A stretch of DNA of 64,000 bases, taken from positions 186,001-250,000 of the forward strand of contig JAHDYR010000008.1 of the NCBI GenBank assembly GCA_019828565.1. Direction: 5' to 3'. The stretch is from Carpediemonas membranifera BICM. Its lineage: Eukaryota; Protista; Fornicata. Every line of letters begins with the position of its first letter. Positions within the stretch are counted from its first letter, which is position 1. Made by a program: the position numbers and the translations under genes. Below the pieces are notes generated by a model. It searched no databases. It had not been told where the DNA came from and worked only from the letters and a program-made list of their open reading frames with translations. Below, piece after piece: positions 9,734 through 20,290 of this stretch.

Positions 9734-12157
9734 CTAAACCGTCCGAACCACCCCGTCAGGCGCCAGTGAGTGGGCTGCAAACGGCCTGACCCAGTTAGGG
9801 AGGCGGCCCATCACGACCTGGACATCGTCGGGGACATCTGACGCCTTGTGGCCAAACCAGACGGAAAGAGCGCCTGGGCCTGTGAATGTGACCTGGGCCA
9901 GACCCGGGGCACCTTGGTGAAAGATCTCGATAGTCGATCTCGCCTCAGCATGGATGATTCGACCTGGATCTGTAGATACGATTATTTCTCCGTCCATATC
10001 TGGGGTGATCTTCAAGATCCATCTAGAGTTGCTTGCAGTCGTCGTTGAGCTATCAATCGTGAGAAGATGACCACTATCCACCTTGGTGTGGGTCATTGTT
10101 GCGGGGTGGAAGCCTGTGGGGCGAGCTGCTCCCATTAGTGTCACGCCCGTCGCGTTCTTGAGTGCCAGATCGCATGGGCCGGTCACTGTATCGTATCCAG
10201 CAGATTTGATTGTCGCCTCCAATATCTCAATATCGTGTGGTCTCATTGTGCATATCTGTACCTTTTCATCTCCGTCGGGTGTGCTAATATGTCCAACAAG
10301 CACCGAGGCGGGTCTAGCGGCCGAGTACGGCATCACTGGGACAAATATAGCACACAGACAGGCAGCGATAAGAAGCAGGGCGAGCTTCGTGCTTGGCCCC
10401 GTAACAGTGGCCGCGAGGACAACCATACAGGGGGCCAGGCCGATGGATAGAATGGCGATGACGGCAGGGTCTGCTGCCTCGTTGTACAGGGCGATCACAT
10501 CGAGGATGGGGACGAATCGTGCAATCACATCTCCCACACAAGCCAAGGCCGTTAGTGCTGAGAGCAGTCCAAGGCCGGGGACGGAACCAAGGGTCAGGAG
10601 GACGGCAGCAATAATTGGGATGATGGTGCTGTGTGCGTTGACTCGTGCTAGTGCAAGGGCGATGACAGCGAGGGCGAGAGCGCCGTAGTGCCGCGCCAAG
10701 GCCATAGATGCGACAGATTGACGTGATATCATGCGATATATGATAGATCCACTCAATAAATGGATTAAACCGACCGCAGTCATGATCATCGGCACTCTCT
10801 GGTACGACGCGAGGTGTGCTGCAAACGAGGCGGGGTAAATGAGCAGAACAGTCACTGCCACGGCCCCAACACCAAGCGCGGCCATCTGCATAGCTGCAAC
10901 TACAGCCCTGCTTGGACCATGCCGCATGATACCGATGACATTGACAATGACGACGATGAAGATGGCAGCTCGCGTCTCGTTCCAAGGTATGGCAAGCAGC
11001 GCCCCGAAGACGGTGACGTATGTGACAGTAGAGGTTCCATGGCCAGTGGTGGCGCGGGTGGCGCTGCCGTGTTGTTCAGCAATGGCGAGCATGGTTTGGC
11101 CGAGACTGTTGAGGTCAGCCGGTGAGGTGTGTTCGATGTTATCGTCACGGGTGTGGTAAATGAAAGAATCTTTCAAGAACACCAGGTCGATGGAGGGCAG
11201 ACCTGCATAGCGGTAGTTGACACTATCCGTTGTCGGAGAAATTACACCTGCCATAAATACATCATGATAAAGCCCAGCACCAACCATGGGCGAGCCGAGT
11301 GTGAGCCGGTCAAACGGCAGGAGAGAGGCGGTACCGGGGGACATGGACGCGAGGTTGGGCTTACCTCCACCGCCCATGGCCTCGAGGTTGACGACGGCTG
11401 AGACGCGGTCAGCGTGATCAGTGTGTATGAACGCGTCAGAGCCTTCAAGACCTGTCTCCTCGGAGCCTAGAAAGGCGAAGCCGAGGGCATTCGTGCCAAT
11501 GAACTGTGGGCCTGAGGAAACAACAGTGTTGAGGACCTCAAGCATCGCCATGATGCCTGCCAAATCATCGCTCGTGCCAGGGCCGGCGTAGTTGCCATCC
11601 CAGTGTGCGCTGTACATCAGTACGTCCTCGCATGCCGGGTTTAGCGCTGGATCATGAACAGTTACATACACTACAGGTATGGCAGTGTAAGCCGTGTAAT
11701 GGCCTTTGAGTAGCTGCTCAGAGACTCCAGTAGAAGTGATCTGGTGGACATTAACCTCTATTCCGCTGACATCAGGGGTCTGTGGGATCTGTTCGAGGAT
11801 GAACTGGCGAGCGGCCTCCCAGCCTTCCTGGCCCCATTCTCGGGGTCCTTGGAAAAGAGATAGGTGCTCAAACACTCGCGTAGAATTGAAGTCGTACCGC
11901 TTTCGTGGCTCTAGAGGGACAGTGAGGTTGTGATCGAAGTCATTCGCGGCGTAATGGAGACTGAAGAAGGCTGCCACGAAAAGGACGCAACCAAGGAGAA
12001 AGACAGCATTCTGCTTGCGTATCCTGTTCTTCGCACGACGCTTAATAGCGGCTAGATCAAGCGCTGGCTCGAATGACACCTCGTTGGACATCACAGTCAG
12101 CGTCGCCCACTCCCAGTCGATCGAGTCGAAAATTTTCAAGAATCCGGATCGAGTCAT
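9734..12157 (-). CDS. M28 family membrane metallopeptidase (ERMP1/Pff1-like)
   Basis: Zinc-ligand motifs SAHWD, GTSDDLAG, SEETGL, VNLEAMG and YHTRDD, followed by multiple TM segments. Start could also be ATG 12091. Confidence 0.88.
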   Translation of the reverse strand: MTRSGFLKIFDSIDWEWATLTVMSNEVSFEPALDLAAIKRRAKNRIRKQNAVFLLGCVLFVAAFFSLHYAANDFDHNLTVPLEPRKRYDFNSTRVFEHLSLFQGPREWGQEGWEAARQFILEQIPQTPDVSGIEVNVHQITSTGVSEQLLKGHYTAYTAIPVVYVTVHDPALNPACEDVLMYSAHWDGNYAGPGTSDDLAGIMAMLEVLNTVVSSGPQFIGTNALGFAFLGSEETGLEGSDAFIHTDHADRVSAVVNLEAMGGGGKPNLASMSPGTASLLPFDRLTLGSPMVGAGLYHDVFMAGVISPTTDSVNYRYAGLPSIDLVFLKDSFIYHTRDDNIEHTSPADLNSLGQTMLAIAEQHGSATRATTGHGTSTVTYVTVFGALLAIPWNETRAAIFIVVIVNVIGIMRHGPSRAVVAAMQMAALGVGAVAVTVLLIYPASFAAHLASYQRVPMIMTAVGLIHLLSGSIIYRMISRQSVASMALARHYGALALAVIALALARVNAHSTIIPIIAAVLLTLGSVPGLGLLSALTALACVGDVIARFVPILDVIALYNEAADPAVIAILSIGLAPCMVVLAATVTGPSTKLALLLIAACLCAIFVPVMPYSAARPASVLVGHISTPDGDEKVQICTMRPHDIEILEATIKSAGYDTVTGPCDLALKNATGVTLMGAARPTGFHPATMTHTKVDSGHLLTIDSSTTTASNSRWILKITPDMDGEIIVSTDPGRIIHAEARSTIEIFHQGAPGLAQVTFTGPGALSVWFGHKASDVPDDVQVVMGRLPNWVRPFAAHSLAPDGVVRTV

Positions 12158-12339
12158 GCAGTATGAGTCGTGTTGGAAACATCGAGCGTGTGGCTGAAAG
12201 CTGGCCACTCTACCTTCCCACCTCGTTCGTTCTGATGTTGGTTGTTGACTATCTCATCGACACATGAAGCAAAGCATCCAACATTTGAATGAGATGTTGC
12301 ATAGGAGAAGACCTCTCCCTATTCCTTTAAAAGAAAGAC

Positions 12340-13575
12340 TTAGAGCTCGCGGCGGTTGGCCTGCTCGCGGGCGAGGCGGGCGGCGACACCATCGATGACA
12401 GCCTGGGACTTGGCGCCGAGGATGTTACGGCCCTCCTGGTGGACGTTCACACCCTCCATGAAGCCAGAGATGGCCTGGACGAGGGAGTCAAACTCACGCT
12501 TCTCCTCCTCGCGGACATCAGTGATGGCGAGGCAAGTGCAGGTGGACATGTGGGTGATCTGGCCGAGAACAGCCTTGCCGTTGATGATGGCGTAGGGGAT
12601 GCCCTGCTTGCGGCAGAGGGCGGGGAGGTGAAGGACAACCTCGATGGGGTCGACGTCAGCGGCGATGATGACAAGCTTGGCCTGCTTCTTCTCGATGAGG
12701 GTGGTGACGTGCTTGACACCGAACTTGGCGAAGTAAGGCTTCTTCTGAGCGATCTCCTTGCCCTCGGCCTTGGCCTCAGCGAGGGCCTGGAGGCGGGCCT
12801 TCTTCTGGGTCTTGTCCTCGGGCTTGTACTTAGAGAGGAAGGAGACGACGTTGGTGGCAACGTTCTTCTCGAGGGTGTGAGAGAAGTGGTGGATGGAAGC
12901 GGGCTGTGTAGGACGTATCGCTGAGGTTACTTACGGTCTTGAGGCGCTGGTTCAAGGTCTGCTTGTGGCGCTGGATCTTGACGTACTTGGGGAACTTGGT
13001 AAGAGAGCTAGTGGGGTGCATACCTTAGTGTAACGGGTAAGATCCATGTGCTTGTGACCCTCCTGGCTCATAACGCGGCCCATGATTTCCTTGGCTGTGT
13101 GACGGTAAGTTAAAGGGCGCCGGGTGGTGGAATATGTCAATAACGCATGCAATGTAGCCATATGGCAGAGTATTGGCGATAGGGGCCCATCCTGGCGACA
13201 AATACGAACGATTATGCTTCACACGCCTTCGAGGGTTTCGCCTTTTGGTGGCTGAAATCGGTAAAAATCAATAACGAGGAATCGAGTGCCTCCAACGCTC
13301 AGCATGTGCTGTTCATGGGTGTAGAGTGGGCCGCATGCAGAAAGTTGACTCGTAGCGTGGCTTCAATGTCGTGTTCTGAGCAATTACGTTAATCCTTCGA
13401 AATAAAGAAGCCAGCGTAATTCCGAGAAATGCCAGCACAGCAACGCCACGATAGGACAACGTGCCTACATAGTCTAACAATCATTCGAGGACGTTAATTA
13501 TCCCGTATTTGCCGCCAATCGCTGTGAAAATGGAGTCTTCTGTCATGAGAGTTTCATGAGCACTCCGCTCACCAT
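12340..13575 (-). CDS. RPL7A: 60S ribosomal protein L7a (eL8), 5 exons
   Basis: Exons: 13575-13573 (ATG|GTGAGC), 13251-13227, 13094-13024, 12994-12935, 12903-12340. Spliced product MPPKG...DLTRYTKFPKYVKIQRHKQTLNQRLKTPASIHHF...FGVKHVTTLIEKKQAKLVIIAADVDPIE...LPALCRKQGIPY. Introns 3 and 4 are GT-AG, 29 and 31 nt. Exact boundaries of intron 2 are ambiguous. Confidence 0.92.
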
Positions 13576-14090
13576 CTGACGCTCTAATGTTCGGAATTGA
13601 ACGACCATAATACTAACCAAATCGAGAACTGTGGCTGTTAGCAGCTTCTCGTTTCAAAACACCGCATGTGCTCTCTCGACTCGGGCCGACTCCAGCGCCA
13701 CAGCTGACCATCAATGAATGGGCCAGAGACGGGGCATATGCTTCCGCAGAGGCGATTGGATTGTTGTTAGCCTGGTCGTGCTGTCGTTACTTGCCCCTCT
13801 TCCCGTCACTCTTTATCCATCCTTATTCTTGAGTTGACTTTGGTAAACATGAGCGATACACGTGGGTATATCCTATGCTGCCAGACCAGCCACCCCAACT
13901 GTCTTTGATTGATGCTTGGCCCTACGTTCGCTAATCAGGGAACGAACAATCCCTGCCCCGCAAACCCCGGGGCAATGCCTCTTACCTCCACAGTGACAGT
14001 GATTCCGTCATCCTCAGGCAATATGGGGTTGATCACAGAGATTGCGCCTATATTGGACTGCATCAATTCTTGGTATTGGGGAAGGAACGT

Positions 14091-17000
14091 ATGTCGTTTA
14101 CGCTTCCCAAGAGCTTTGGCGAAGCAATTAGTAAGTCTCGAACGTTCACACTTCATAGGCTTCCCAATTTGGCGCTGGATAGCGCCAGACAAGCTCAGGA
14201 AGCTTCGTCATCGCGCACAAATCTCGAAGCACAGTCATCTAAGACGGCAATTCGTCTAGAGGATGTCTCCAATGACCGCGCTGCCACACGTCGCACCATC
14301 GGCCCGCGCATGCGCCTCCGCATGCTTCTCGAGAGACATTACATCCTCTTCCTGTACGACGTGGTCGATGTCCTGCTCAGCGCTTTCTACCTCGCCTGGT
14401 ACGTGTACATGACGTCCACATACGCCCCTTCATGGGGCCACTACGTCCAATTCGGCCTTGCCGTTGTCTTTCTCGTCGACACGATCATCCGTTTTATCAT
14501 CCACGACCCAATCGCGGGCGTTACAAGGTGGATGCCTGTCAACATCCTCTCATGGCTCCCCGCACTCCTCCTCATCGGCTGGAGCGATATGATCACGCTC
14601 TGTTTCCTCCGCTCTGTGATCATCGCTCTTCTATGCTACAGATACTTCACCAGCGACGCCAAGAGCTTGAAAGACACTATCAGGAATCTTGTCTGGGTCG
14701 CCTCCACCACCGCAATTGTTGCTGCCGGCGTCATTTACGTGTTCGAAGTACAGCTCGCCGATGGCCAAAGTCTTGATTATCTGACGTGCCTATACTTCAT
14801 CATTGTGTCCGTAACGACGGTAGGGTATGGCGATGTGGTCATGGTGACCTTCTTGGGCCGTGCTACTATCGTCCTCATCATCCTCGGCGGCCTCTCTCTC
14901 CTACCCGTCCTCTCGGCCCGCATTGTCGGAATCATGGGCCATAAGAAGCTGTACGGCGACCCGAAGGCCAGCAAACACGGCTTTGTGGTAGTTGGTGGCG
15001 ATATATCAGCCAGCAACCTCCGCCGTTTCCTCAAGGAGTTCTACTCGCCACAACACGGTTACCGCAGAGAGAAGGTCGTCCTGCTACTCAAAGACACTCC
15101 CGGCGACGACGTCGAGAGCATCCTGTCGAGCAAGCGGTACAAGGAGCGCGTCTCCTTCCTCCGAGGCTCCTTTGCCTCCGAGGACGCCATCACCAAGCTC
15201 AAGCTCCACTCTGCAGATGCAGTCTTCGTCGTACAAGACCACAGCGCCACTGTTGATGACAAGTCCGACTCTCGCACCGTACTTACGTCCCTGCAGGTCG
15301 CCAGGGCAGCCCCGTCGACGCGTCTCTTCTTACACACCAAGAGGGTCTCCTCGCCAGTGGGCCACGTAATTCCCACGTCATGGCTGATTGATGCAGTCAT
15401 GAGTGAGGGTGCGAGGGTGCCTGGGTTGGCTAACATGATTCTCAACCTCACGCGGTCGTTCAGTTCCTCTGAAACCTCGCCCCATGACGATGGTGCCAAC
15501 CCGTTCAGGCTGGTGAACCTCGGTCGCTCCCTGGTCTCCGGCTCGATCTCCCACACAAGGAACGGAGACTCGCTGAGCCAATCAATGCACCGATCGGACC
15601 GCTCACCCGGGGAGTTTGTCAGCTTCGAGTCTTGGCGCAGTCTTTACAGCCAGTCGCTCAGATCCAGGGTGTTCCGTACAGCGATCGCCTCGTCTTTGGA
15701 CGGCTTCACGTTCTCTGAGGCCGCACACCGCATCTATCGCCACACAGGTGCTTTCCTCTTGGCCGTCGAGGTCTCCGCTGAGCGGGGAAGGAAGGGACAT
15801 ATCCACTTTTTCACCGGCCGGTCAGGGAAGGTCTATTCCCGCCAGGTCGCCTACGTTATTGCCTCTGACACCAGCCACGCCAGCGCCGTCCGTCTGATCG
15901 GCCTGGCTGAGGAAGAGCACCAGACCGTCACGTCTCTTCCACTGACTAATCTCGCCTCGTCCATGAGGAGAGACCACAACAAGCGTCTCTCTGTCCTTCG
16001 CAGGCGCTGGGCCGAAGACGAAGACGCTGACATCCCGTTGGCGGAGATCGAGGCTGTCACCGTGCGGGACGGTGACACTGCAAGGGGGGCCAGTGAGCGC
16101 GTGTCCGGTCTCGTGACTGAGGACTCTTCCGTCTCGCTCTCCTCCTCGGGCTCATCCACAAGTCTTGAGTCGACTTCATTTGACTCTGACTCAGAGCTCG
16201 AGCCAACGTATCCTCAAACGCATGAGGATGACGCCCACTTCACCCGCCTCTCTGACGCCCAGGTCCTCGAGAGCGACCACGACTCGACTGACTCCCAAGA
16301 GTACCGCGGGGGCGAGGGCGAAGAGACTGAGGCCGGCCGTGGCACTGACACTGACATCGACGTGGAGTGCATCAGCGGCCATACTATCTTCGTCGGATCG
16401 TGGCATGAGCTTGCGATGTTTGTGCGACAGTCTGATCCCAAGTCGCATCCCACGATCATCTGGTTGACAGAGCAGGCTCACACAAGGAACAGGACCTTAT
16501 GGAACGCCTTCAACAGAGTCAGGCGAGTCGCTATAACCCATGGAAACCCGATGACATGGCTCGACTGGCTCCGTGCCAACGTCAGGCGGGCTCAGTCGGT
16601 CGTAGTGGCCCCGTACCTCGACCATGAGCCGAGCACGCCAGTAGTGATCGCCCAACTCCTCAGGGACAAGCTCGGTGCCGTCGCCAAGCCCTTGATCATG
16701 ACCAAGATCTTCTCGATCTCCCACATCCGCGTGCTCTCGCCTGTGGTAGAGGACCGCCTCCACTTCTGCCCCCTTTACGTCCAGGGCTCTGTAACCCATA
16801 TCGGTTCGCTCGACTCGCTCATGGCGATGTCCTTCTACAACCCCCACCAGCTCAAGTTCTTACACGCGCTGTGTTTGAGCGATACAGCCCATAAGGTGAC
16901 GCACGGCCACTCAAACGAAGACCTCACGCCGCCAGGCCAGGTTACATGCAAGGAGGCGGCCCGCGAGGCTGTAGCTGGCTCTAGATCGGTGCTGTCGCGA

Positions 17001-17261
17001 CAGGTCATCACTGTCCCAACTCCTCGAGACATGGTCGGCAAGGAGTTCAAGGAGCTCTTCGCCGGTCTGCTCGCCAGAACTCCGTCGCTGCTTTGTTTCG
17101 CAGTTTACCGTCCAGTGAACCTTATGTACGACGAGAGCTCAGGGAACTATGACCCCGAGGAGCCTCTGGGGGTGCCGATCCTGGGGCCACACGAGGACTT
17201 TGTTTTGAACGAGAGCGATGTGCTCATTTGCTTCCAGCAGAGGGGTGGGCATGAGACTTAA
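14091..17261 (+). CDS. Slo/BK-type potassium channel alpha subunit with two RCK-like domains
   Basis: TM bundle, pore YFIIVSVTTVGYGD, RCK start FVVVGGDI...FLKEFY, and second RCK (GHTIFVG, RANVRRA, DSLMAMSFYNP). First ATG is at 14091. Confidence 0.88.
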   Translation: MSFTLPKSFGEAISKSRTFTLHRLPNLALDSARQAQEASSSRTNLEAQSSKTAIRLEDVSNDRAATRRTIGPRMRLRMLLERHYILFLYDVVDVLLSAFYLAWYVYMTSTYAPSWGHYVQFGLAVVFLVDTIIRFIIHDPIAGVTRWMPVNILSWLPALLLIGWSDMITLCFLRSVIIALLCYRYFTSDAKSLKDTIRNLVWVASTTAIVAAGVIYVFEVQLADGQSLDYLTCLYFIIVSVTTVGYGDVVMVTFLGRATIVLIILGGLSLLPVLSARIVGIMGHKKLYGDPKASKHGFVVVGGDISASNLRRFLKEFYSPQHGYRREKVVLLLKDTPGDDVESILSSKRYKERVSFLRGSFASEDAITKLKLHSADAVFVVQDHSATVDDKSDSRTVLTSLQVARAAPSTRLFLHTKRVSSPVGHVIPTSWLIDAVMSEGARVPGLANMILNLTRSFSSSETSPHDDGANPFRLVNLGRSLVSGSISHTRNGDSLSQSMHRSDRSPGEFVSFESWRSLYSQSLRSRVFRTAIASSLDGFTFSEAAHRIYRHTGAFLLAVEVSAERGRKGHIHFFTGRSGKVYSRQVAYVIASDTSHASAVRLIGLAEEEHQTVTSLPLTNLASSMRRDHNKRLSVLRRRWAEDEDADIPLAEIEAVTVRDGDTARGASERVSGLVTEDSSVSLSSSGSSTSLESTSFDSDSELEPTYPQTHEDDAHFTRLSDAQVLESDHDSTDSQEYRGGEGEETEAGRGTDTDIDVECISGHTIFVGSWHELAMFVRQSDPKSHPTIIWLTEQAHTRNRTLWNAFNRVRRVAITHGNPMTWLDWLRANVRRAQSVVVAPYLDHEPSTPVVIAQLLRDKLGAVAKPLIMTKIFSISHIRVLSPVVEDRLHFCPLYVQGSVTHIGSLDSLMAMSFYNPHQLKFLHALCLSDTAHKVTHGHSNEDLTPPGQVTCKEAAREAVAGSRSVLSRQVITVPTPRDMVGKEFKELFAGLLARTPSLLCFAVYRPVNLMYDESSGNYDPEEPLGVPILGPHEDFVLNESDVLICFQQRGGHET

Positions 17262-17456
17262 TGAAATCGTCCAGTTTTGTATAAACGGTTTTATGTATCA
17301 GCTGCCTCTCACCTATGGGTAAAATTTCGAGGCCTGGGCGAAGGAGCTGGCCGAGCTCGGGGCGGACCACAACGAGGCCACACTGAGAGACAGAGAGACA
17401 GACGCTCACTACCATGGCGAAAGCCATCGCAATTTGGGTAAATGGTTCGGATTCAC

Positions 17457-19954
17457 TCAAGAAAAATGAAGAAATGCCCGTGAACCGAGTCTCACGTCGC
17501 TGACCACGTCCGCGGGCAGGGTGATGCCGTCATGCAGCATGAGCTGCAGCACGCGGCCGAGCCCCAGAAGGACCGGGCGCAGGTCGTCGAGCGGTATGTC
17601 GAGGGCGTCGGGCGTGAAGACGAACGTACCCTCGCGGAAGATGGGCACAGCGAACTCCATGTCCCCGATGGCCTGACGGACGGTCACGTGTGGCAGCTCG
17701 GCGATCAGGTCAGGCAGGGCCACTGCGGAGTCGATGCCCCACAGTGTCGCGGGGATGGCGAACAGGTCCTCCTCGCACGCCCCGATGTTGGCGACGCTGG
17801 TGGCGATGTTGTCATGAAGGATGATGTCCACGGGGACTTCGTTGAACATCTGCACGCGTGCACGGTCGACGTTGTCAACAAATGAGGAGACCATCAAGAG
17901 GCGGTTGCTCACCGCGTTGAGGCCGGCATCAGCGTCCATGTCTTTGGTAAAGGTGAAGAGAACATCGCCCAGGGCGCGGCGGACGGACCAGCGGGCCTCG
18001 GGGTGGGTGGCGAGAATGCCAGAGAGCAATTTGTGCATATCGGCCTCGGGGCTCCTTGGCCCGGTCGATGAGCTCTTTGTACTTGGCACGAGGGGTCTCT
18101 GGCTGGCGTCTGGCATGGCCGAGTCGGCCGATGAGACCAGCGGGCGACGGGATGTGGCCAACGCCATCGTGGGTCGGGATGGCGGCCGAGAGCAGGGGGT
18201 GGCCCTTGAGCATGTCGCTGATGTCCTTTGCGCGGTTGGCTTCGGGAAACCGGGCGGTCTGGGGCGAGAGTAGGGCCGCCTTCAGGTCGGCCAGCTCGGA
18301 GCTCGTGGCGGCCAGCTTAGCTTTGAGCATCCCTATTTGCTGCTCTTGCTCAGCCATGGCTCTCTGCTGATCGAGGCTCAGAGGCTCGGTGTCGGCAGGA
18401 GGTGTGACAGAGTCATCTAATTGGGGTATAGATTGACTCCTGGCGTCGTTGTAGACCTTGACCAGGCTTGCTAGCTCGTCGTCCTCGTCGTCTGTCTTGA
18501 TGAAACTGTTCTCGTCCAGCTCAACCCTGGCGACGGGGCGGGTCAGCGTCATCGTAAAGGAGCGGGGCAGACCAGTGGCGAGGAAGTGGAGGAGGATGCG
18601 AGCGAGGTCGCAGGGGAGTGCCACTGAGTCGCCAGGGTCGATGGTGATGTCGGCATCGGGGGCGACTGGGCTGGAGCAGAGCTGGTTGACGGTGGCCAGG
18701 AACTGGGGGGTGCGGGGGAGTGTGCTCCAGACCTTGGCAGTTCTATCATCTGATCCAGACACGATGGTTGTGCCGTCTCGGGAGAACGCGACGGCCCATA
18801 CCACCATCTCATGGCCCGAGAACGTCCTAATCAGTACCCCGGTCGCGACATCCCACTGCTTGATAGTGCCGTCTGCAGACCCAGACACCAGAGTCCTGCC
18901 GTCGGGGGAGAAGTCGAGGCTCCACACAATAGCGAAGTGCCGATCAAGGGTCTGAGCCCGCTGGCCATTTTCGGAGTCCCAGAAATGGATGGTGCCACAT
19001 TTGCTGCCAAATGCGATGATAGTACCATCAGGTGACACGGCAATACTATGGACAGGCTGGTCATGGTTCATGGTTCTGACGCATTCGCCAGTGTCGGAGC
19101 TCCACTTCTTGATGGTGCGGTCCTCACTGGCAGAATAAATGGCCGAGCCATCCGGGGAGATGGCCACGCCATACACAATATTGCCATGTTCTGTAAGTTT
19201 CAGCCTGCTCGTCCCAGTATCGACGTCCCAGACCTCGATGGAATCATCATACGATCCGGAGACCAGGGCACAACCATCATTCGAGAATGCAAGGCGACAC
19301 ATAGCATCAGTGTGCCCTATAAGTTTCTTTTTCACCCGGCCTGTGGCGTCCCAGAGATGGATGATATTATCATGGCTACCATAGGCGATGGTTGACCCGT
19401 CCGGCGACACGGCGATGCATAACATCTTATCATCATGTTCAATGTCCAATGTACACTGACCAGTGGCCGAGTCCCACTGCCTAAAGGCGCCGCCACGTTG
19501 ACGTCCACGTGGCAGATCATGATGTCCTGATGTAGTGAAGATTTCACCGTCAGGGGAGGTGGCGACACCATAAACGGCGCCGTCTCCATCCAGTGTCCTA
19601 ATGCACACACCATCATCCCCATCTATGATTGGCTGCGTGTTCCATGCTTCGAGCGCGAGCTCAACCCCTGTTCTCATGGTCGGCCTTGAGTCTGCCATCC
19701 ACCATCGTGACGGTAACAGCGGGCTCATTGAGCACCATTTTCAGCTCCTTGGGTTCTATCCTCCTGCTTATATGGACCTGGATGACCTTCTCTAGGTCCT
19801 GGATGGTGATCGGCGTCTCACCTCGCTTGCTGATCTGGATGCCATCGGAACCAGGCTGCTCGGAGCTTGCGGTGCGTATATGAGCGTCAATTGCTCTACA
19901 GTCGGCGCTGCGTGAGAATGTGGCTTCGATACGTACCATAGGCTGTGTAATCAT
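17457..19954 (-). CDS. WD40-repeat protein bracketed by the ~60-aa module, with coiled coil; apparently frameshifted
   Basis: Three overlapping ORFs (19661-19954, 17929-19728, 17457-18167). The first two join across a G-run near 19663-19666, rebuilding ...GRLKADHENR/VELALEAWN, homologous to ...GRLVASRSVAEVDLLLDAWN in the 4704-9425 protein. A second shift near 18170 is plausible but less certain. Confidence 0.7.
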
Positions 19955-20290
19955 TGAAGAGGCGGATCAATCGCGTCAGTTGTGCTGTGTGAGTGAATTT
20001 TGATGCTGCTTTGGCTGTGTCGTACCATCTGTGTGAGAATCGCTGGAAACCGCGAACCTTGGGCACCGTCGCGCCATTTTGTCTCGAAGCGACTCGACAA
20101 AGTCAACTCTGTTTGACCTCGCTGAGGGTAACAGAGGCTTGTCGTGCCACGCAGCCGGACCCCAGCCTCAGCAGTGGCTCTCTCTGCTGCCCCGCCCGAG
20201 TTGGGGAGTCCACTCAGCTGCGCCTCGCGCCAGACCTCCCAACGCAACAGCGTGCTATTTACGAAGAAATGTACAGAGAGATATACTATG

